From positions 62,001 through 126,000 of the forward strand of contig NW_024055493.1 in the NCBI RefSeq assembly GCF_902713615.1: a stretch of DNA of 64,000 nt, in the 5' to 3' direction. The notes under the pieces were generated by a model. It was not told the DNA's origin. It saw nothing but the letters and a program-made list of their open reading frames with translations, and ran no database searches. Position numbers and translations under genes: made by a program. The stretch comes from Scyliorhinus canicula. Lineage: Eukaryota. Numbering within the stretch: the first letter of the stretch is position 1; every line of letters begins with the position of its first letter. Shown here piece after piece: positions 12,600-23,874 of this stretch.

Positions 12600-14520
12600 C
12601 CACACTCGGCCCGACATTGATAAACATTAATCTTGGGCCGTCCCTGCAATCGAACCTGTCTCGCTTTGTAGGAATGTATACCCTGAATCAGTAATCTCTG
12701 CATTAGATATTATCTCAGTTTTCGTTAAGCTAGACCCTGCATCAATAATTACGGCACTAGAATCTGTCTCACTTTATATTAATCTCGACGCTCTATCAGC
12801 AATTAGTGCTCGAGAACCCTGTCTAAATTTACATTACTGAACCCCCCCCCCCCCCCCCCATCAGAAATCACTGCACTCGGCCTTGTCTAAGTTTATATTA
12901 ATCTAGATCCTTTCTCAGGAATTACTGTAGCAGATCCTGTTTCTGTTTATATATAATTTATGCTTTGTTGCATTACATAGAACAATAGAAGTATAGAAGC
13001 AGAGACAATAGGTGAAGGAGTAGGCCGGTCGGCCTCTTGAACTTGCTCTTCCATTCATTCTGATCGTGGCTGATCATCCAACTCAGTAAACTGTTCTCGC
13101 TTTCCCTCCATATCCTATGATCCCGATAGCCACAAGAACTATATATAATTCCTTCCAGTAAACATACAAAGTTTTGGCCTCAACTGTTTTGTGTGGCAGA
13201 GAATTCCACAGGCTCACCAATCGAGGTCAGTAAATTTCTCCACATCTATCTTCTTAGACTGTGTCCCTGATTCTGGCCTTCCCTCCATTAATCATTGCTG
13301 CACACCCTGTCTCCGTTACTATGAATATTTACCCTGTAACAGTAACCACTGCATTAGAACCCTGACCCAGTTATTGTGAATCCAGGTCTTTTCAAAGAAT
13401 CATAGAATCCCGACAGTGCAGAAGGAGGCCAGTCGGCCCATCGAGTCTGAGGACCTAACTGAGGACCACCCCTCCACCCTATCCCCATAACATCACCTAA
13501 CTTTTGCACACTCAGGGGAAATCTTTTAGAATGGCCAATCCACCTGACCTGCGCATCTTTGGACTGTGGGATGAAATTCTCGGTTTCCACTGCACTGCAC
13601 TGTCTCCACTTGTATTCATCAAGGCCTTGTTTTAGTAATTCCGGTACACCGCCGGCTCTGTTTATTTATTGCCAGTTTCTGTACCTGTAAATGTTACGCT
13701 GCGCTCTGTTTTAGTTATTACTGTGAGAGACAATACCGTTATTAATTGTGCAATGGGTTCCATCTCATTTATTCCAGCAATCCTCCGTATCTCTGTTTAA
13801 AGTAAAGTAGGTCCTTTCTCAGTTCTCTCCCAATTAGACCCTCTCGGTGTTTATATCTTTCGATAATATATCAGTTATTAATACATTATATCACGCTTCT
13901 GTGGCCTCTATAATTTACTCTAGTTGCGTTTTTACTTGTAGTCAGACCATGTATTTATTTATATTTTACTGCAAACTCTGTTTCGTAGCATTACATTCAT
14001 CCCTGCTTCAGTTATCACTGTACTTAACCGTGTTACAAGTTTTATTACCCTGGGTCTTGTCTCTGGAATGATTGTACAGGACCAGGTTTCGTTTTATCTT
14101 TCCCTCAGCATTGTATTTGTGTATGTAATGCTCTCTGCAGTTAAACATTTGAATAAGAAGGACCATGTTTCTATACATACTACAATTCACCCTTTCTAAG
14201 TTATGACTGCACGAGACTGTGTTTACTGTTTTAACAAATAGGTGCAGTCACATTCAGAAATATACTGAGCAACACCACTCTCTACTTCAATTGACTCTTC
14301 TTTAATCATTACTGCATTAGACCTTGTATCTGTTAAAATTACATAATATGCAGGTTAATTAATTGATGCATGAATCCGTGCTGCTGTACATGCTGGAAGT
14401 GACAATTTCGGAGCATTTGTAAAACTGCACCAAGTCTCCATTTATATTATGTGACGTCCACTCCCTGATATTATTTTGTTAGACTCTGTTTTATTCACTG
14501 CTGAAGTCTTCTGTGTCTCA
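12600..14520. repeat. Highly degenerate AT-rich minisatellite-derived tract (ctgtctctgtttatatta / actgcactagacc motifs)
   Basis: Motifs recur many times here, in 1-1075 and 5600-6760, and in reverse orientation at ~23100-24400. No coding ORF. Confidence 0.5.
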
Positions 14521-14758
14521 CTTTATATAACAAACGTTCCTACCCCACAGAATTGTGCACCATATTTATTTGCATTGATTACCGCACAATCAACATCCTG
14601 GGGGTTGTCATTGACTGGACACTGAACTGGACAAGCCAGAGGAATACTGTGGTTGCCAGAGCAGTTCAAAGGCCATGAATCCTGCGGCGAGTAACTCACA
14701 TCCCGATTGCTCAAAGCCTGTCCATCATTTTATCGTTTTATCTATCCTATCTATTATC

Positions 14759-15846
14759 GATTGGTTAATTAATAGAAAGCAAAGAGTTGGGATAAATGGG
14801 TGTTTCTCTGGTTGGCAATCAGTAGCTAGTGGTGTCCCTCAGGGATCCGTGTTGGGCCCACAATTTACATTGATGATTTGGAGTTGGGGACCAAGGGCAA
14901 TGTGTCCAAGTTTGCAGATGACACTAAGATGAGTGGTAAAGCGAAAAGTGCAGAGGATACTGGAAGTCTGCAGAGGGATTTGGATAGGTTAAGTGAATGG
15001 GCTCGGGTCTGGCAGATGGAATACAATGTTGACAAATGTGAGGTTATCCATTTTGGTAGGAATAACAGCAAACGGGATTATTATTTAAACGATAAAATAT
15101 TAAAGCATGCCGCTGTTCAGAGAGACTTGGGTGTGCTAGTGCATGAGTCACAGAAGGTTGGTTTACAAGTGCAACAGGTGATTAAGAAGGCAAATGGAAT
15201 TTTGTCCTTCATTGCTAGAGGGATGGAGTTTAAGACTAGGGAGGTTATGTTGCAATTGTATAAGGTGTTAGTGCGGCCACACCTGGAGTATTGTGTTCAG
15301 TTTTGGTCTCCTTACTTGAGAAAGGACGTACTGGCGCTGGAGGGTGTGCAGAGGAGATTCACTAGGTTAATCCCAGAGCTGAAGGGGTTGGATTATGAGG
15401 AGAGGTTGAGTAGACTGGGACTGTACTCGTTGGAATTTAGAAGGATGAGGGGGGATCTTATAGAAACATTTAAAATTATGAAGGGAATAGATAGGATAGA
15501 TGCGGGCAGGTTGTTTCCACTGGCGGGTGACAGCAGAACTAGGGGGCATAGCCTCAAAATAAGGGGAAGTAGATTTAGAACTGAGTTTAGGAGGAACTTC
15601 TTCACCCAAAGGGTTGTGAATCTATGGAATTCCTTGCCCAGTGAAGCAGTTGAGGCTCCTTCATTACATGTTTTTAAGGTAAAGATAGATAGTTTTTTCA
15701 AGAATAAAGGGATTAAGGGTTATGGTGTTCGGGCCGGAAAGTGGAGCTGAGTCCACAAAAGATCAGCCATGATCTCATTGAATGGCGGAGCAGGCTCGAG
15801 GGGCCAGATGGCCTACTCCTGCTCCTAGTTCTTATGTTCTTATGTT
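14759..15846 (+). mobile_element. Young 5'-truncated CR1 LINE (RT C-terminal half), nested in an older L2/CR1-type LINE remnant (14530-14725 and 15855-16315)
   Basis: Open ORF 14878-15750 with SKFADD and HLEYCVQFWSPYLRKD; (ttcttatg)n tail. The flanks rejoin into the LINE family also seen at 26595-27745. Confidence 0.92.
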
Positions 15847-16320
15847 CTTATTTGCAAAGCAAATGTCAGAAGTGTAATAGAATACTCTCCACTTGTCTGA
15901 AGTGCAGCTTCAACAAACCTCAAGAAACTTTACACCATCCAGGTCAAAGCTTGATTGTTGCCATCTACAAGATTTACTCTTGGAACCAATCAAGGTTTCA
16001 TAGTCAGCACCTACCAGACTCACGGCAACAACCATCAGCAAGGACAAGAGCAGCAGATACTTTGGAACACCAACACCTGGAGGCTCCTCTCCAAGTCACT
16101 CACCATCTTGTCTTATAAATATATCGCCGTTCCTTCACTGTGGCTGGGTGAAAATGCTGGATTTCTCTCGCTAATAGCAGTATAGCTGTATCTGCATTTC
16201 AGGGACTGCAGCGATTCAAGAAGGCAGCTCACCACCACCTTCTGAATAGCAACTTGGAATGGCCCATAATTGCTGACCCAGTTAATGGCACCATGTCCCG
16301 TAAATGAATGAAAAACATAA

Positions 16321-16689
16321 NNNNNNNNNNNNNNNNNNNNNNNNNNNNNNNNNNNNNNNNNNNNNNNNNNNNNNNNNNNNNNNNNNNNNNNNNNNNNNNN
16401 NNNNNNNNNNNNNNNNNNNNNNNNNNNNNNNNNNNNNNNNNNNNNNNNNNNNNNNNNNNNNNNNNNNNNNNNNNNNNNNNNNNNNNNNNNNNNNNNNNNN
16501 NNNNNNNNNNNNNNNNNNNNNNNNNNNNNNNNNNNNNNNNNNNNNNNNNNNNNNNNNNNNNNNNNNNNNNNNNNNNNNNNNNNNNNNNNNNNNNNNNNNN
16601 NNNNNNNNNNNNNNNNNNNNNNNNNNNNNNNNNNNNNNNNNNNNNNNNNNNNNNNNNNNNNNNNNNNNNNNNNNNNNNNNNNNNNNNNN
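16321..16689. other. Assembly gap (369 N)
   Basis: Run of n characters. Confidence 1.
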
Positions 16690-17551
16690 GATGGAATTTC
16701 ATTTTCAAAATGCTAAATATTTTTATTCGTTCATGGGATGTGGCTGTCGTTGGCTGATCCTGCAGCTATTACCCATCCCTGAGGGCATTTAAGTGTCAAC
16801 CACATTTCTGTGGAGTCATCTGGAGTCATATGTCAGTCAGACTAGTTAAGGGCGACAGATGACCTTCCCTAATGCAGATCAGTGAACCAGATGGGTTTTG
16901 ATTACACACGACAATGGTTTCATGGTCATCATTAGACTTTTAATTCCAGATTTGTCTTGATTGAAATTTCACCACCGGCCGTGGTGGGAGCCCGGGTCCC
17001 CAGAGGGACTCTGGGTCTCTGGATTACTAGTCCAGCGAAAATACCAGACTTGTGACACTCACTTGTGTTTGAAAAATTGGTGTTAATAAGTATTAGCTGT
17101 GATGGACGTTCGTTGCAAAGGCAAAAACATCTTTAAAACTACTGCCGATCTGTTCTCATCTCTGTTTCAGGCTACACGTAGATTAATTAATCTCTCTGCC
17201 CTCTCTCAGACTTAATTCACTTACAAAAGCACAATGAATAACTATTTGGTGTTGTGTGAATGGTCTGGTAATGGGTGTGTAATGTTTTGCTGTAGGTTGG
17301 AGTGAATTTTGTGCCATTCACTTCATCACCAGACTGAGGAACAGAAACACAGGAGCCATATTGAACTTCACATTGCACTACACAGTCACAAACTCCATTG
17401 TGTTGGATATGACTAATTCAGACTTGTGTTCATCTGTGGCAATTACCCACTGTTTCCTTTCATGGTCCGAATTGTCTTTCACCCTTTTTTGCTGAATGGA
17501 TTTCTGTTTGCTTTTGGTGTGGCCACTGATTGTAAGAGACAGAGTCTGAAA

Positions 17552-17645
17552 CTGTGTGTATGTATGTGTGTGTGTATATGTGTCTGTGTGTGGATATGTG
17601 TGGGTGTCTATGTGTGGATATGTGTGTCTATGTGTGTGACTGTCT
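17552..17645. repeat. (TG)n-rich microsatellite
   Basis: Imperfect tgtg/tatgtg repeats. Confidence 0.9.
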
Positions 17646-18106
17646 ATCTGTAAGGGCCGGTTGGTCTGGAGCACATCATTATTCATTGTTTGCAAAATGG
17701 CGTTGCCAATAATTGCAATTATTTTTCAGCACGTGACGACATTTTATTGAGATTATCTTCCAGATCCTATGCTACACTCCATATTTACTGGTAATGTATT
17801 GTCTTGAGTGATCTAGACAGTAATATCAAGCTGTCGATTCCATTGAAAAGGCAAATATATCCTTCAAATTACTTACATATCGGTCCACCTGGCTTTCTCT
17901 GTCTCAGGCTGCACCTAAATCAGTTGTTCCCGCTTCTCTCTCTCAGACTGAACTCACTCACACAGGCACACAACAGCCGGGTCAGTGTTTATAAGTGTTT
18001 AAATCTTTTTTGTTGAAGGCACTTCATGTCTAAAAAAAAATTAAGCACCAAAACGTCATCAGAGGAAAGTTCTGTGCCAGAAAGGCAACAGTTCATTCAC
18101 TTAACC

Positions 18107-18220
18107 TCTCTCTCCCCTCTCTCTCTCTGCCCCCCCCCCTCTCTCTCTCTCTTGCCCTCTACCCCCGCTCTTTCTCTCTCTCTCCCTCTTTCTGTCTCAA
18201 TCTCGCTCTCTCGCTCTCAG
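18107..18220. repeat. (CT)n polypyrimidine microsatellite
   Basis: Imperfect ctct/cccc tract. Confidence 0.9.
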
Positions 18221-19559
18221 ACATCAAGTGACTTCAAACTTCCTACTTTAGTACAACCTCTGTTAACAGATTGTTGTCTTAATTTCCCTTAATCTCTCCA
18301 GATTATTATTAGTATTATGACCAGTGAAGATCATCTGTGCATCTCCCGATCGGTTATTGTGTTTCTAAACAAATAATCTAACTTTTTAAAGGGAATGGGA
18401 AGTGAGGTGAATGTAATGCTGAGGCCGGCAGCAATCTGTGTGGGTGTTCTTGATGCTGTCACAGTGAGGTCACCCTCACAGGCAGGAAGACTGTTCACGG
18501 TGATAACATGAAACTGACGCCTGCTGTTTCATTCTCAGGTAACACAACTTCCTGTTTCTCTGCTGCCGGTTCCAAACCGCACATCTCAATTCTGAGCAGA
18601 AACTAAATCCAGGGACCATAATCTGGTGAGAACATCTGTCAGTGCGGCTTATATCTGCCCACAGAGTCAGCGCAGACACACGCAGATCACATTGCGGTGA
18701 CATTTACAAATGAACCTGTTGTGATCTGTTCAAAGCTTCCATTCCAGTACATAATTGGATGGTCAGTGGATCAGTCACGGAGTTTCCCCGGTTCTCTGAA
18801 GCCAGGAAATTATATCTTGCTCCCTTTCACTATTTTATCATTCTCCCTCTCTGTGTAATTAGTTTTAATGTTTCTCAGCTTTTATATCTCAACCCCGCGT
18901 CTATCTTTCTCCTTTCCTCGCTCAGTTTCACTCTCTCTCTCTGTATCTTTTTCCATCTTTATGTGTGTGTATTTGAAAGAACTACGAAAGAAAATCATGA
19001 AGGTTTGAATCGAGTAATTAGAGAGAGACTATTGCAACTGGCTGGAGGGTCTGTAACCAGAGGACACAGATTCACTGTATTGAACAGGAGGATTGTTTTT
19101 ACACAGCGAATTGTTATAAACTGGAGTACATCACTGGAAAGTATGATGGAATCAAATTTAATGGTAACTTTGGAAAATGATGGATAAATATTTGAAGGTA
19201 TTAAGATTTGATGGATGAGAGGGAATGGGACCAGTTGGATGGTTCATCTCTAATCATTGTCCCAGCACCTGTTTCTGTATCTACCTCTGTCCTTCATTGA
19301 GGCCGCATAAAATGCAACCATTGTACAGGTTTGCTCTTGTGCCAATCCTGTCTTTAGGCAGAACCTGGGTGTGTGTGGATAATTACCACGAATCTTTCAG
19401 AGGTTCGTTGCTGTTTACAATCCACTACTTTGGACAAAGTAACAGTGAATGCATTTGTTTAGAAAAACAACAATTATCTTTAACATTTGTGGCACTGATG
19501 CATCGTGTGATGAGGCTCTTTGTGTCCCGATCTGGTGATGAAAACATAAGTGTCCATTA

Positions 19560-19770
19560 GCTGGGGCTTAACACTGCTGCCTATGGCGCTGAGGACCCGA
19601 GTTCGATCCCGGTCCTGGGTCACTGTCCATGTCAAGTTTGCACATTCTCCCCGTGTCTGCGTGGTTTCACCCCCACAATCTAAAGATGTGTAGTGTAGGT
19701 GCATTGGCCACACTAAATTGCCCTTTATTTGGAAAAAATGAATTGGGTACTGTAAATTTTAAAAAAAGTT
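19560..19770 (+). mobile_element. HE1-type SINE (short variant)
   Basis: gagttcgatcccgg...cactgtc...tttgcacattctccccgtgtctgcgtgg. Related copies at 4632-4855 (-), 13400-13590 (-), 22001-22330 (-), 27920-28220 (-), 34679-34960 (+), 37176-37490 (+), 46950-47150 (-) and 63900-64000 (+). Confidence 0.85.
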
Positions 19771-19772
19771 AC

Positions 19773-20031
19773 ACCAGACTCCAGTCTGACCCCGGGCCCG
19801 GCAGTCTCTGTTATTGATACACTGGAGCCGGTCTCTGTGATTATTATTATGCCAGACCCCAGTCTGACCCCGGGCCCGGCAGTCTCTGTTATTGATACAC
19901 TGGAGCCGGTCTCTGTGATTATTATTATACCAGACCCCAGTCTGCCCCCGGCCCGGCAGTCTCTGTTATTGATACACTGGAGCCGGTCTCTGTGATTATT
20001 ATTATACCAGACCCCAGTCTGACCCCGGGCC
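19773..20031 (+). repeat. 78-bp minisatellite, 3.3 near-identical copies
   Basis: Units start at 19773, 19851, 19929 and 20006 (accagac(t/c)ccagtctgaccccgggcccggcagtctctgttattgatacactggagccggtctctgtgattattattat). Confidence 0.95.
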
Positions 20032-20113
20032 AATTCACCTCTCCGGCACTTCTTTGTGTTGTGGGGCTGAGACCCACTCAGACACTAGGATAATGTACAA
20101 ACTCCATATAGAT

Positions 20114-20932
20114 CAGTGGTTCTCAACCGGGGTCCACATGGACCCTGGGGGTCCATGTAACATTACTGGGGGTCCACACAAAAAAATACCGAATTGGGGG
20201 TCCACGGTGATATTTTAGTGGTCCATAGAGCAATTCTACTTCAGAACAATTGTTATTACTGAGAATCAAGTAGAAAAAAAAATGTTTGTTTTCATGATGA
20301 ATATTCACCTTTCTCTCTCTCTCTCTCTCGCACTGACAAAGGTCAAAGAGAGATTATAATCTATCTAATTTACCTTGAGGGCTGAAGGGGCTCAGAACCA
20401 AAAAGGTGCATTTGCTGTGTTTATTTTTGTGGTACTGTATTCTGAGAAAAAAAAATCCATACCGGTTGATGACAAATGTGTTTATTGTGCTTTAATGACA
20501 GTTGTTGTTGAAGATTGCCCGGGCTATTGTCCCCTAGGAACAGCCCGGAGGACCTTTAATGACAGAAGCAGCTTATTAAATACCCACGGTTGACCTGACG
20601 CTTATGCCACGTTTCTCCTTGACAAGTTTAATGAATGATTTAACACAGTAATCACTAGAAACTGTGTATATTTGATATGAATTGGTTATTTTTAAGAGTA
20701 ATTTAATTCAATTTAGTCAGTAAAAAGTTTTTTTTCATTACTTTTCATATTAGAATAAGTTTGGCAATGTACGAAAATACCGCTAATCTGTTTCCAACCC
20801 TCACGGTAAGGTAGATGGACTTTAGGATTAGTTTACCACGCATATAAGAAGCTTTTTTTTCTGTGGAATGGCTATGGGGGTCCACAAAAAAAAATTAAGA
20901 GGAAAAGGGTTAAAAAAGGTTGAGAACCCCTG
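20114..20932. mobile_element. Non-autonomous hAT (Charlie-like) DNA transposon / MITE, inserted in an HE1 SINE remnant
   Basis: Terminal inverted repeats cagtggttctcaacc ... ggttgagaacccctg. The 8-bp target-site duplication atatagat/ttatagat fits the hAT NTNTANAN pattern. Subterminal gggtcca repeats are present. Confidence 0.9.
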
Positions 20933-23802
20933 TTATAGATGGTGACCAGGATCCTCCACGCCGCAGGCAGGTGGACTAACTATTGCGCCACTATGCAGCC
21001 CCCATCCATCCAATTCATTTTGCAATGGTGCTTGACTCTGTAATTAAGCATTCGGGAAGCCATTTGCTATTGAATCAATGCACGATGTTTCTCTTGCATG
21101 CACGATTGTGTCAAATCCAGTTTTGATCGGTCTGCACTGCGTACTGACTGTGACTTCACTGGTCTCGATCTGTTGTTTGTTCATCAATACACTGCAGGTT
21201 ACCACTGTTCAAATTGCGTCAAAAAACTATTTTGTACACTCTTAGTAAACCATAGTCTTGGTATTTTTATTGAGACTGAGAAATGTGTCACAACAGCCTG
21301 CCTGCCGTTCAAATGTAAATGCTCTGATTCTCTTTTGCTATTTCTTGTAACAGTGTCCCTCTCAGTTATGAATAAGAATTTTCCAGTATTGTTATTTCTG
21401 ACCCCTGCCAGTTAATACATTACACAGCATTTTCCCGATTTTGAGCACAGAAATTCATATTCATTACAATGTCATATCAGGTGCTGTCTTATTATCCAGT
21501 AGCATTATCTGAGTTATTACTCTCATGATCAGTTCTTGTTATCCCTACACTAGCAAATATCTTTGCCTACATTACATCAGGTCCTGTCTGTCATTATTGC
21601 ACTGTTTTTAAAAATTCATTGATGGGAGGTTCTGGCTCGGTAAGTACTGGTTGCCTTTCAGAAGGTTGCAGTCAACAGCCTTCTTGTATCACTGTAGTCC
21701 ATGTCCATCAGTCAGTATTTCTGGTTATATTACATCAGGCCCATCTCTGTTTCTGCTACACCACATCCTAACTCATTTTACACAAGATTATATAGATTAT
21801 TAAACCTGCAGTCAGACGAATGAATCCAAAAATGATTAGAGTGGTTGTGGTGGACTTTAGAAACATAGACATCACTTTATCAAGTTACAAGTTAAAAACA
21901 GTATTACAAAATAATTAGTGAATGTTCTCCCTGTCGAGCAGCAGGTGTTTCAATCCTTTCGATTAACAGGAACAATAAATTGGAGAATTGCAGGTGTTTT
22001 TCATAGAATCAGAAAATCCCTACAGTGCCATTCTGCCATTGAGTCTGCGCTAACCCTCTGAAAGACCACCCTACTCAGGCCCACTCACCCGTAACCCCAT
22101 CCAACCGGGACATCTTCGGACACTAAGGAGCAATTTAGCATGGCCAATCCACCTAACCTGCACGCCTTTGGACTGTGGGGTGGAACCGGAGCACCCGGAG
22201 AAAACAAACGCAGACACGGGGACCCAGACAGTGCAAACTCGACACAGACAGTCACCCGAAGTTGGAATGGAATCTGGACCGCTAGCGCCGTTGAGGGGTG
22301 GACCCACTGTGCCAACACGCCGCTCCCAACACCTATAGCTAGAGGCTCATAGAACAGTACAGCACAGAACAGGCCCTTCGGCCCTCGATGTTGTGCCGAC
22401 CAATGATCACCCTACTCAAACCCACGCATCCACCCTATACCCGTAACCCAAGAACACCCCCCCTTAACCTTACTTTTTAGGACACTACGGGCAATTTAGC
22501 ATGGCCAATCCACCTAACCCGCACATCTTTGGACTGTGGGAGGAAACCGGAGCACCCGGAGGAAACCCACGCACACACGGGGAGGACGTGCAGACTCCGC
22601 ACAGACAGTGACCCAGCCGGGAATCGAACCTGGGACCCTGGAGCTGTGAAGCATTTATGCTAACCACCATGCTACCGCGCTGCCCCAATCATGTTGCCAT
22701 CATTTGCACAAATCACAGAATCGGGGTTTTTATCAGGAGCTTCTGTGAGATTATCAGGGGAACAATAACCTGCAGCTGATTGGCGATGTAATGGAATCGA
22801 ATTTTCCAACTTATCAGTGGAGACAGAGAGGCCCCTGTCCTGGAAATGATATAGTCAACCTGAAATCACTTTATAAACAAGAGCACACAGCAGAACGGTA
22901 ATGAATATATCGTTACAGTATTAAATAATCTTCAATTGAAACACAAGAGCTTTCACACATTCGCGGAAAGTGGAGATGGACGAAAGATTAAAATTTGGGA
23001 AAATGATAGAAAATTATTAAAAGAAAGCAGATTTTCTCAAAGGAGGGTTATTGGAAAATAGGATAAGCACTCATATAACGATGCAGAAACTGATGCGATA
23101 TTATCTTATAGAGGAACTGTTTTAATATTATCGGGGCCAGCTTTTGGGCAGCAATATAGATATAGGCCTGACTGCACTATTTATCGTCAGAGCCACTAGA
23201 GTAATATGAATGGAGACTGGGTCCAGTTCAGTAATTACTGAGAGAGGGTCTCGTCTATTAAGACGAGGCTTAGTCTTGTGCAATATGAACAAAACATGCT
23301 GTCTGCTGTTGTTACAAAGACAAGATATATTCTAATATAAACAGAGACAATGTCATAGTGTAATACAAACTGAGCAAGGCGCTTCCAGAATATAAGCAGA
23401 TAACATGATAAGTGTAATATAAACAGAGGCAGTGTTTAGTGGAATACAAAAATTAGGCAGTGCAAGATCGAGTAATAATTGAGACAGGATGTTTTATAAA
23501 CAAGGCCATCGTCTTCTGCAGTGATAACGGGTAAGTAAATTGACTGTACAATTGTGTTAGATCCGGGACCTTGTACAATAAAAACTGAGACATAGATTAG
23601 TAAAATAATGATAGAGCAACGACCTTTCCATAGATTAATAGGAATTATGACATGGCCAAGTGCAGCAATGAGAAAGGTGAAATAGCGCAATAATAACAGA
23701 GAGGGCATTGTGGATATAAACAGAGACATGGACTGGTGCAGCAGTGATTGAGATATCGTCTGGTTTTGTATAGACGTGGCAGAGGCTAGCGCTGTCCTAA
23801 CT

Positions 23803-23874
23803 GGGCCAGTGGCGCAATGGCTAACGCGCCTGAATACGGATTTAAAATACCACGTTCGACGCCTGGCCCGCTCG
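23803..23874 (+). pseudogene. tRNA-Arg(ACG) pseudogene
   Basis: gggccagtggcgcaatggctaacgcgcctgaatacgg...gttcgacgcctggcccgctcg resembles vertebrate tRNA-Arg-ACG. It has about 10 changes that break the anticodon and acceptor stems, plus a 1-nt deletion. Confidence 0.85.

Noticed and set aside
16229-16792. 149-162 aa ORFs
   Set aside because: They are open only because they span the N gap.
17160-18000. Two similar ~70-bp blocks (17160-17230 and 17900-17970), with a minus-strand TATAAA and a gtaagt donor near 17870
   Set aside because: It could be a non-coding first exon, but no downstream coding exon was found in the window.
18415-18715. Possible internally deleted V relic: leader-like MLRPAAICV..., gtgagg donor, ttctcag acceptor, SVSAAYIC, then cacacgc-22-acaaatgaa
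   Set aside because: The splice phase is wrong, the exon is about half V length, Cys23 and Trp41 are not recognisable, and the heptamer is poor. It is suggestive but not supportable without a profile search.
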